A DNA stretch of 64,000 bases, taken from the IMG/VR virus record IMGVR_UViG_3300046167_000801; one strand, given 5' to 3'. Shown here piece by piece: positions 50,706-58,730 of this stretch. Source of the stretch: a virus. Its lineage: Duplodnaviria > Caudoviricetes. The notes beneath the pieces were generated by a model. That model was given only the letters and a program-made list of their open reading frames with translations. It was not told the DNA's origin and did not search any database. The number at the start of each line of letters is the position of its first letter. Position 1 is the first letter of the stretch. Made by a program: the position numbers and the translations under genes.

Positions 50706-51938
50706 ATGGCAATACCAAAAAGAAAAAATAACATAAAGGTTTATCAAGGTAATGAGTTAATGGGTAGGCGACAGGAATTACTCGATAAGATCACTCAAGG
50801 TGATTCCTATCTTCCTGATTCGGTATTACATGATGATTTGGACTTGGGTATGTTAGATTTTGTTAAAAAGAATTTTGTAGTCGTTTCGGACGGTGTACAA
50901 ATTCCCATCATACCTAAAATTTTGACACTTCAAAGATGGGGTGAGTTTACAAACACGTGGAATTTTTCAGATTTAGATGGTAATCCGTCTCTACCTTTTA
51001 TAAGTGTCATAAGGAAACCAGATGTACAACTTGGTACTAATCCGAGTTTACAGAGAACTATACCTGATCGACAACAATTTCACTACGCCACAGTACCGAC
51101 ATGGAATGGTACTCAGGTAGGTGCTGACATATATAAGATACCTCAACCTGTCCCTATTGATATAAGTTACGATATTACTATTGTTTGTACAAAATTCAGA
51201 GATTTAAATAAGTTTAATCAAATAATATTACAGAAGTTTACTTCAAGACAGGCATATACCACGGTAAAAGGACATTATGTCCCAATAGTGTTAGATAATA
51301 TAGAAGACAACACACCCGTGAATTTAGAAACAAGAAGATTCTACGTCCAAAACTATAAGTTCACTTTATTAGGTTTTATTATAGACGATGAAGAATTTGA
51401 AGTGAAACCCGCAGTTAGTAGATTATTTTTAATGAATGAGTTTATTAAAAGTAATAATTTTGAGAAAAAATATTTAACTAAGAATTTAGAGATTACTGTC
51501 GCTAATTTCACTGCTGATGGAGTACAAACAATCTTTAGTGTGGGTGAAACGATAGGTATACTTTTTAATACCACCATTAATGGATTACTACAAGAAAGGG
51601 GTGTTGAATTTAATCATGTTTCTTTAACTTCTAAAATAAGTTTTGTTGAACCTCCGAGAGAAGGGTCCAAAGTAACAATTACTTATTACAAAGGTAGGTC
51701 AAGTGTTTTTGTCGATTCCGACGGGAATGTTAGACAGGTATCTACAGAATATTTTGACTACTCAGGAGGTGGTCTTTCATTTACTACAGTAAACAATATA
51801 GATAGTGTTATTAGTTTAGATTTAAACGGTCTATTATTAGAAGAAGGTAGTGATTTCGATATTACGGGTGGTACTGAAGTAACACTAAATGGAACTCCTC
51901 GAATTGGTTCAAGAATAGGTATTACTTATTTATTTTAA
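50706..51938 (+). CDS. Tail terminator/completion protein (gp15-like) with two C-terminal small beta domains
   Basis: PVPIDISYDITIVCTKFRDLNKFNQII pattern; repeated NGLL.E.G.(E/D)F modules. Confidence 0.65.
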   Translation: MAIPKRKNNIKVYQGNELMGRRQELLDKITQGDSYLPDSVLHDDLDLGMLDFVKKNFVVVSDGVQIPIIPKILTLQRWGEFTNTWNFSDLDGNPSLPFISVIRKPDVQLGTNPSLQRTIPDRQQFHYATVPTWNGTQVGADIYKIPQPVPIDISYDITIVCTKFRDLNKFNQIILQKFTSRQAYTTVKGHYVPIVLDNIEDNTPVNLETRRFYVQNYKFTLLGFIIDDEEFEVKPAVSRLFLMNEFIKSNNFEKKYLTKNLEITVANFTADGVQTIFSVGETIGILFNTTINGLLQERGVEFNHVSLTSKISFVEPPREGSKVTITYYKGRSSVFVDSDGNVRQVSTEYFDYSGGGLSFTTVNNIDSVISLDLNGLLLEEGSDFDITGGTEVTLNGTPRIGSRIGITYLF

Positions 51939-52041
51939 CCCACTGGGTTTTTTGGGTTTTTATTTTAACCCACTGGGTTTATATTTTAATTGGCACAAAC
52001 CCGCCACACATACATGATATGTATTTTAATTGGCAGAAACC
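51931..52041. repeat. Two pairs of short direct repeats, one pair palindromic
   Basis: TATTTTAACCCACTGGGTTT at 51931 and 51961; TATTTTAATTGGCAnAAACC at 51982 and 52022. Confidence 0.85.
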
Positions 52042-52199
52042 TATTCACCGTATAAACCTCTTTTTCGATCCACACAATTGGTTTCTATCCACTTTTCCAC
52101 AACTTTATAAATTTTAAAACCATTATCATCACAATACTTTTTTAAGATATCATGGTGTTTTTGACTTATTTTGATGTTTTTGGGGGTTTTGTCGCTCAT
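52041..52199 (-). CDS. 52-aa ribbon-helix-helix-like DNA-binding protein (not in the ORF track)
   Basis: MSDKTPKNIKISQKHHDILKKYCDDNGFKIYKVVEKWIETNCVDRKRGLYGE; TATTTATC motif 3 nt upstream (52203-52210). Confidence 0.7.
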   Translation of the reverse strand: MSDKTPKNIKISQKHHDILKKYCDDNGFKIYKVVEKWIETNCVDRKRGLYGE

Positions 52200-52319
52200 A
52201 AAGATAAATATAGATAAAAAAATATCTTTAAATATCCCAAAATAGAAAACTTGGGAACTCTTTACTAAAAACTAAGATATTTATAGTAAACAATAAAAAT
52301 TTATAATTAAAGTTAATCG

Positions 52320-55133
52320 ATGGCAAATTCAAACAGAGTATTCGTTTCTCCAGGTGTATATACCTCAGAAAAGGATTTAACGTTCGTAGCACAAAGTGTG
52401 GGTGTGACCACATTAGGGTTATCAGGTGAGGCACTAAAAGGACCTGCATTTGAACCAATTCTAATAAGAAATTTTGACGAATTCAAAACATATTTTGGAC
52501 CTACTTCACCAACTAAATTTTCGGACGGTAACCCAAAATACGAATTGGGTTATGTCGCAAAATCATACCTTCAAGAATCTAACCAATTATTTGTAACAAG
52601 AGTTTTAGGTTTGACGGGTTACGTACCAAAAATAACATACGCAATTAAAACATTAGGCGGAATAACAGTAGACCTTACAGGTGGAACTACAAATACGGTA
52701 GAGGATCTTATAGGAACTGGTTTAGATATTTCAACTTATTCATTATTTGAAAACCTAAGTGGGAAGACAGCAAATGATGGAAGTTCTATGTCTGACTGGA
52801 TTACAAATTTAGGTGTCTTAGCTGACGGATCATGGTTTACTATTGGTTTAGTTGATGGGGCAGAAACATTAAGTTTGGGATCGTCTTTACAGATAGCGGG
52901 ACCAATAGGAACAAACAACAATAACAATTGGTATAACACTTATTTTACAGAAAACGGTCTTGGAGTAGTATCGGGTGTAAGTTCTTACCTTTTTGTTTGG
53001 GATCAGACAGATAACGGATTCAAAATAACAGAGTTTAGTTATAATGCTTCAGTAAATTCTGACTACGACAATATAGTGGTACTATCACTAAGATCAAGAG
53101 GATCGTACCAAGGACAAACATTAAACCTTGAATTAGGTTCATCAAGTGACATAAGTATTGCGTCATCCACTTTAGGGACCGACCCACTATCAGAATTTAC
53201 ACTTAATGTTACAGGTTCTACAAGTGGTGCTAAATCATTTACATGTACGTTGAATACATCATCTACTAAATATGTTTCTAAAGTATTGGGTAATACTAAT
53301 TTTGATAAGAAGAAAAATGAAGTACCTCTTTATGTTTTTGAAGAGTATCCAAAATTATTATCAGCACTTTACGGACAAGGACTTGTTAGAGGTTTAGACA
53401 TTACACATGTTTCACATAACGTAGGAAACGATTATTTAAATCAATGGGAAACACCAGCATCACCAACAGTTGTATCTGAAGTGAGAGGTGGTATTGTTTC
53501 CGACCTATTCAGTGTAATTAGTATATCAGATGGAAATGCTGCAAACACACAATTAAAAATTCAAGTTCAGAATATTGACCTTGATTCAGGTGAGTTTGAT
53601 TTGATAATTAGAGATTTTAATGATACTGATAATAATATTTCAGTACTTGAAAAATTCTCAAGATGTACAATGAACCCTGACCTACCTGGTTACATCGCTA
53701 AAAAGATAGGTACTTCAGATGGTGAGTATGAGTTACGTTCGAAATATATAATGTTGAACATGGCTGAAGATGCACCTGTAGATGCATTTCCTGCAGGATT
53801 TAAAGGATTTACATCAGATTTCTTAGGTACATCTAAAGTTGGTAACGTACTATTCAAAACAAAATATAATGTGGCGGGTGACGTTGTTTCTTATAACTCA
53901 CAAGGTACAGAACAAAAAACTAACGGAGATAAAATCAGAAAAGTTACTTTAGGTTTATCATCTCAAATTGGTTTCGATAGAGATTTATTTGAATATAAAG
54001 GAAACGCTGCGAGTTCAACATCACATAGTTTCCACCTTTCAAGTCAGGCGTCTGGTATATCAGGTTTTAAAACAACACCGTATGATTTAGAAGGAAATGA
54101 TAAAGGTTTATTAGAAAGTAAATCATATAGAAAATTTACATTCGCAGTTTGTGGTGGTTTTGATGGTTGGGATATCTACAGAGGAACAAGAACAAATGGA
54201 GATGGTTACATCTTTGGTAAAAACACTTATGTAAGTGGACACACATCTAACGGTGGTGTATTTAGTGATACTGTTGGAAACTCAGATTATTACGCATATT
54301 TAGCGGGAATTGAAACATTCTCTAATCCTGAAGCGGTTGATATCAACATATTTGCAACACCAGGTATTGATTTCTATAACCATAGTTCATTAACTAATCA
54401 AGCAATTGATATGATAGAAGGTGATAGAGCGGATTCATTATACATCACTAACTCACCTAACACTTCAGATGTTGACGAAATAGTTGACCAATTGGATGAA
54501 GTTGATTTAGATACTAACTACACGGCAACATATTGGCCTTGGATACAAGTAAGAGATGGGGACAATGCAACTCAGTTATACATTCCACCAACAGGTGAGG
54601 TTGTTAAGAATATCGCACTAACAGATAACGTTTCTTATCCTTGGTTCGCAGTAGCGGGATACCAAAGAGGTTTAGTAAATGCAATCAAAGCGAAGAAGAA
54701 GTTGACGTTAGATAACAGAGATGATCTATATAATGCAAGAATTAACCCAATTGCAACGTTCTCAGATACGGGTACTATAATTTGGGGTAACAAAACATTA
54801 CAAGTTAGAGAGTCTGCACTTGATAGAATCAACGTAAGAAGATTATTATTAAGAGCGAGAAAATTAATTTCAGCGGTGGCAGTTAGATTGTTATTTGAAC
54901 AAAATGACGAACAAGTAAGAAATGAATTTTTAAGATTGGTTAACCCAATATTAGAATCTATTAAGAAAGAAAGAGGTTTATACGAATTTAGAGTAGTTGT
55001 GTCTAACGATCCAGAAGATATAGACGCGAACACACTAAGAGGTAAGATTTATGTTAAACCAACTAGATCTCTTGAATTCATTGATGTAGAATTCTTAATT
55101 ACTCCAACAGGAGCATCATTTGAGAATATCTAA
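52320..55133 (+). CDS. gp18: Tail sheath protein (gp18-like)
   Basis: FVSPGVY..EKD N-terminus; PWFAVAGYQRG, INPI, WGNKTL and DRINVRRL motifs. Confidence 0.95.
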   Translation: MANSNRVFVSPGVYTSEKDLTFVAQSVGVTTLGLSGEALKGPAFEPILIRNFDEFKTYFGPTSPTKFSDGNPKYELGYVAKSYLQESNQLFVTRVLGLTGYVPKITYAIKTLGGITVDLTGGTTNTVEDLIGTGLDISTYSLFENLSGKTANDGSSMSDWITNLGVLADGSWFTIGLVDGAETLSLGSSLQIAGPIGTNNNNNWYNTYFTENGLGVVSGVSSYLFVWDQTDNGFKITEFSYNASVNSDYDNIVVLSLRSRGSYQGQTLNLELGSSSDISIASSTLGTDPLSEFTLNVTGSTSGAKSFTCTLNTSSTKYVSKVLGNTNFDKKKNEVPLYVFEEYPKLLSALYGQGLVRGLDITHVSHNVGNDYLNQWETPASPTVVSEVRGGIVSDLFSVISISDGNAANTQLKIQVQNIDLDSGEFDLIIRDFNDTDNNISVLEKFSRCTMNPDLPGYIAKKIGTSDGEYELRSKYIMLNMAEDAPVDAFPAGFKGFTSDFLGTSKVGNVLFKTKYNVAGDVVSYNSQGTEQKTNGDKIRKVTLGLSSQIGFDRDLFEYKGNAASSTSHSFHLSSQASGISGFKTTPYDLEGNDKGLLESKSYRKFTFAVCGGFDGWDIYRGTRTNGDGYIFGKNTYVSGHTSNGGVFSDTVGNSDYYAYLAGIETFSNPEAVDINIFATPGIDFYNHSSLTNQAIDMIEGDRADSLYITNSPNTSDVDEIVDQLDEVDLDTNYTATYWPWIQVRDGDNATQLYIPPTGEVVKNIALTDNVSYPWFAVAGYQRGLVNAIKAKKKLTLDNRDDLYNARINPIATFSDTGTIIWGNKTLQVRESALDRINVRRLLLRARKLISAVAVRLLFEQNDEQVRNEFLRLVNPILESIKKERGLYEFRVVVSNDPEDIDANTLRGKIYVKPTRSLEFIDVEFLITPTGASFENI

Positions 55134-55150
55134 TAGAATAAAAAAGGAAA

Positions 55151-55175
55151 AGGGAGGGTCTAACGACTCTCCCCT
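55151..55175. terminator. GC hairpin after the sheath gene
   Basis: GGGAGGGTC-taac-GACTCTCCC, with no U tract on the + strand. Confidence 0.45.
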
Positions 55176-55403
55176 ATCCAAAAGTAAAAATTGAGATGAC
55201 CCCAGTATATACTGGTTTAATATATACTAGATTTAATATATTATATAATTTATATCCTATATTTCATACTAGTAATTACTGGGTAATAAAAAAATACGGA
55301 AATTAATTGACAATGTCAAGTAGTTCTCAAATAAAAAAGAAAAATATTTCGTGAAGAGATATATTTATAATAATAGAATAACAAATATAACAAAAATACA
55401 GAC

Positions 55404-55892
55404 ATGGCAGATTTATTAATGAAAATGCCGGTTCCTTACGAACCGAAAAGAGTTAACCGATTTATCGTTAGGTTCCCTTCATCATTGGGTATCAACGAGT
55501 GGTATGTAACATCAGCGGCTAGACCGAGTGCAAAAATCAACTCAGTAGAGATTCCTTTCTTAAATACTTCAACTTATGTTGCAGGTAGATTCGTATGGAA
55601 TGAATTAAGAGTTAAGTTTAAAGATCCAATCGGACCATCAGCGTCTCAAGCGTTAATGGAATGGTTTAGATTACACGCAGAATCAGTAACAGGAAGAATG
55701 GGTTATGCTGCAGGGTATAAAAAAGATATTGAATTAGAAATGTTAGACCCAACAGGTGTTGTGGTTGAAAAATGGATTTTACAAGGTTCATTTATGACTG
55801 ACTTAAACTTTAATGAACTTGACTACAACAATGATGCATTAGCAACAATTGATTGTACGTTAAGAATGGATAGATGTATCCAAGTATACTAA
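55404..55892 (+). CDS. gp19: Tail tube protein (gp19-like)
   Basis: YEPKRVNRF, GYAAGYKKDIELEMLDPTGVVVEKWILQG; follows the sheath gene. Confidence 0.88.
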   Translation: MADLLMKMPVPYEPKRVNRFIVRFPSSLGINEWYVTSAARPSAKINSVEIPFLNTSTYVAGRFVWNELRVKFKDPIGPSASQALMEWFRLHAESVTGRMGYAAGYKKDIELEMLDPTGVVVEKWILQGSFMTDLNFNELDYNNDALATIDCTLRMDRCIQVY

Positions 55893-55916
55893 AAAAATAA
55901 TCTGTCGAAATATTTC

Positions 55917-55947
55917 AAGGGGGTCTTTTATAAGGATCCCCTTTTTT
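55917..55947 (+). terminator. Rho-independent terminator after the tail tube gene
   Basis: AAGGGGGTCTT-ttat-AAGGATCCCCTT followed by a T run. Confidence 0.75.
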
Positions 55948-55997
55948 ATTTTATTTAAACTTTACTTTATACTATTTAATAGTTACATTTAAACAGT

Positions 55998-56750
55998 ATG
56001 GAAAACGAATATAGAATAGACCCAACAATTCAATACGATGTTGTTGAATTACCAAGTAGAGGTATATACTATCCAAATGGTACGAAATCATTAAAGGTAG
56101 CATACCTAACTGCTGCAGATGAGAATGTTTTATCCTCACCAAACTTAGCGGCAAATGGAGACATCGTCACAGAACTTTTAAAAAGAAAGGTTTTAACTAA
56201 AGATGTACCTGTTGAAGATTTAACAAGAGAAGATAAGGAGGCAATCCTGATTTTTTTACGTAATACTGCGTTTGGACCTGAATTAAAATTAGAGTTAAAG
56301 GACCCAAAAACAGAAGAATCATTTGAACATACAGTTGATTTAAGTGAACTCACCTATAAAGAATTCGATTTAAAAGAAGACGAAAACGGTGAGTATCCAT
56401 ATTTTATGGAAAAATCTAAAGTGGATATTACATTTAAATTTCTTACACCAAAAGACGAACAAGAATTAGAGGATATAACTAAAAGTTGGAACGGTCTTGG
56501 TGCACCTCCTATTGTTACAAAAAGATTAGAAAAACTGATCAAGAGTGTTAAGGGTAATAAAGATCAAATGAATATTAGAAATTTTATTGAGACCTTACCC
56601 ATATTAGATTCTCAGGATTTTAGGAAATACGTCAATAAAGTCAAACCAGGTGTAGACTTAGTACACCACGCAGTCGCCCCATCAGGAGAAAAAGTCACTT
56701 TTAGAGTAGACTTTGGGGTGGAGTTTTTTCGTCCTTTCTACGGACTATAA
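55998..56750 (+). CDS. Tail assembly chaperone / baseplate hub assembly protein (gp26-like)
   Basis: VELPSRGIYY, YLTAADENVL and PGVD motifs; lies between tube and tape measure. Confidence 0.7.
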   Translation: MENEYRIDPTIQYDVVELPSRGIYYPNGTKSLKVAYLTAADENVLSSPNLAANGDIVTELLKRKVLTKDVPVEDLTREDKEAILIFLRNTAFGPELKLELKDPKTEESFEHTVDLSELTYKEFDLKEDENGEYPYFMEKSKVDITFKFLTPKDEQELEDITKSWNGLGAPPIVTKRLEKLIKSVKGNKDQMNIRNFIETLPILDSQDFRKYVNKVKPGVDLVHHAVAPSGEKVTFRVDFGVEFFRPFYGL

Positions 56751-56883
56751 AAGCGCGCAGTTTACTGAAACAATTTTTTTACTTAGAAAAGGGTTCTCAC
56801 ATAGGGATGTTTTAGAGATGCCCGTGTTTATGAGAAGATACTACGTCGAACGAATTATTGAGTTAGAAAAGTCTACCGACTAG
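56710..56883 (+). CDS. Overlapping +1-frame ORF without an ATG start near its 5' end (gp51/gpT-like), probable frameshift extension
   Basis: Open from 56710 to TAG 56881-56883: FFVLSTDYKSAQFTETIFLLRKGFSHRDVLEMPVFMRRYYVERIIELEKSTD. Not in the ORF track. Confidence 0.65.
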   Translation, partial: TLGWSFFVLSTDYKSAQFTETIFLLRKGFSHRDVLEMPVFMRRYYVERIIELEKSTD

Positions 56884-56894
56884 TATTTATCTAT

Positions 56895-58685
56895 ATGGAC
56901 GATATCAACAAAATAATTAACGACCTACAGAAGCGGGGAGTGCTGAATGATAAGGACGGAAATATGCTTGACGATAAGACAATCGGTCAAATCAAAAACA
57001 AATACAAAAATGTTGGTAATAACAGTTCAAGAGGTAACTCAGTTGGTGGTGATGATTTTAAATCCTCTATTGTTGATGTGATTGCCGGAGCAACACTACA
57101 ACCATATGCACCTGAAGATACTAATATTCTTAAGGAATTGGCTCAGAATTATAAACCACCAACCGATGGTGGTAGTCAGACAGGTGCGGTTATTAGTTCT
57201 TTAATTAAAACTGCGATGAGTGGGATAGGTGATTATGTAAAAGAACAATCCTATTTACTTACGTTTGTTAATAAAGAATTGGGTTTAGCGGGAGAACTAT
57301 CTCAAAAGTTTAGGGAATCAGTCACTGACGCTCAACCTGACCTAAGAAGAATGGGAATTCCTTTCAAGGAGATGACCGATTCTGTAGGTAAATTAATAGA
57401 AGATACGGGTAGGTTTGCATTGGTTGGTACAGATATGTTAGTACGTGCGGGTGAAATCGCGGGTGCATATGGTATGAAGATGTCCGAAGTTATCGGTGCA
57501 TATGACGACTTTGAAAAAGTAGGTATAGGTGCGGCACAAGCACAAGAATCAATTGCCGATGCGGGTAAACGATCTTTAGAGGTTGGAATACAATCAAGAC
57601 AAACCATTCAAGGAATGATAGAGAATGTTGGAAAACTGAATGAATATGGTTTCCAACAAGGGGTTGAAGGTCTCGAGAAAATGGTTAGAAGATCAACCGA
57701 AATTAGAATGAGTTTAAGTGAAACATTTAAAGTGGCGGATAAAGTATTTTCACCTGAAGGGGCGTTAGAACTATCTGCAGAATTAGGTGTTTTAGGTGCG
57801 GCGTTTGGAGATTTTAATGACCCACTAAGACTTATGTATATGGCAACCAATGAAGTAGAAGGGTTACAAGGGGCATTGGAAGGTGTGGCAGGTAATTTGG
57901 CAACCTACAATATGGAGACAGGTGGATTTGAAGTGACAGGTGCTAACCTTAGACAGGCAAGAGAAATTGCGAGTAAGTTAGGTATAGACATGAAAGAACT
58001 TACCCAATCAGCGATCGCACTACAAGAACGTCAACAGGCGGCGTTAGCGTTAGAAGGTTTAAATATTAACCCTGAAAACAAGGAATTCCTAACCAACCTC
58101 GCGAGAATGAAGGACGGAGAAATGTCAATTGATCTACAAGCGGCGGGATTGGAAGAAGAGTTTGGAAAAAGTTCAATTAAATTAAGTGAATTAAATGGTG
58201 ATCTAGCCGACAAACTAATAGGTTTTCAAGACGAATTTAAAGACAAATCAGAAAAAGACCTCATAAGAGAACAAGTAACTTTAGTCGAAAACATAAGTAG
58301 GGATGTTAACTATTTAGCGTTGTTGGCTAGAATGGAAGTGGCTGGTGTAGGTGACAAAGCGGTACAAGCATTATCTTCAATGAGTGCAAAAGAGGCGGGT
58401 GGAGATATAAGTAGTTTATTATATAAAGGTACTGATTCCTTAGTAGAAATGTTTGGTGAACAAAAGGCGGAACTTATAAAAGGTATACAAACCCAAATGG
58501 GTATAGACCCAACCGAATTTAAAAAACCTCAAAACGTTCCTCTTGAAACCACCCAACAAGATAAGACAGTTAAACATGAAGTTGAAATTAAGGCTAAAGA
58601 TGCAATTACTGGGTTCTACCAAAAGGAATGGTCGTTAAATCCTGAGAGATGGGTTCAAGGTAAAGGTTATTTAGACCCTAATTAA
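56895..58685 (+). CDS. Tape-measure-like protein
   Basis: 596 aa, Ala/Gly-rich and helical, at the canonical position after the tail chaperone. Confidence 0.65.
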   Translation: MDDINKIINDLQKRGVLNDKDGNMLDDKTIGQIKNKYKNVGNNSSRGNSVGGDDFKSSIVDVIAGATLQPYAPEDTNILKELAQNYKPPTDGGSQTGAVISSLIKTAMSGIGDYVKEQSYLLTFVNKELGLAGELSQKFRESVTDAQPDLRRMGIPFKEMTDSVGKLIEDTGRFALVGTDMLVRAGEIAGAYGMKMSEVIGAYDDFEKVGIGAAQAQESIADAGKRSLEVGIQSRQTIQGMIENVGKLNEYGFQQGVEGLEKMVRRSTEIRMSLSETFKVADKVFSPEGALELSAELGVLGAAFGDFNDPLRLMYMATNEVEGLQGALEGVAGNLATYNMETGGFEVTGANLRQAREIASKLGIDMKELTQSAIALQERQQAALALEGLNINPENKEFLTNLARMKDGEMSIDLQAAGLEEEFGKSSIKLSELNGDLADKLIGFQDEFKDKSEKDLIREQVTLVENISRDVNYLALLARMEVAGVGDKAVQALSSMSAKEAGGDISSLLYKGTDSLVEMFGEQKAELIKGIQTQMGIDPTEFKKPQNVPLETTQQDKTVKHEVEIKAKDAITGFYQKEWSLNPERWVQGKGYLDPN

Positions 58686-58730
58686 TTTGAGGGTTTTTCA
58701 TCTTAAATCTATTTATATTAAAAAGAAATT

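Noticed and set aside
51931-52041. Mini-CRISPR array
   Set aside because: There are only two copies of each of two different 20-mers, spacers are 1-20 nt, and no cas genes are present.
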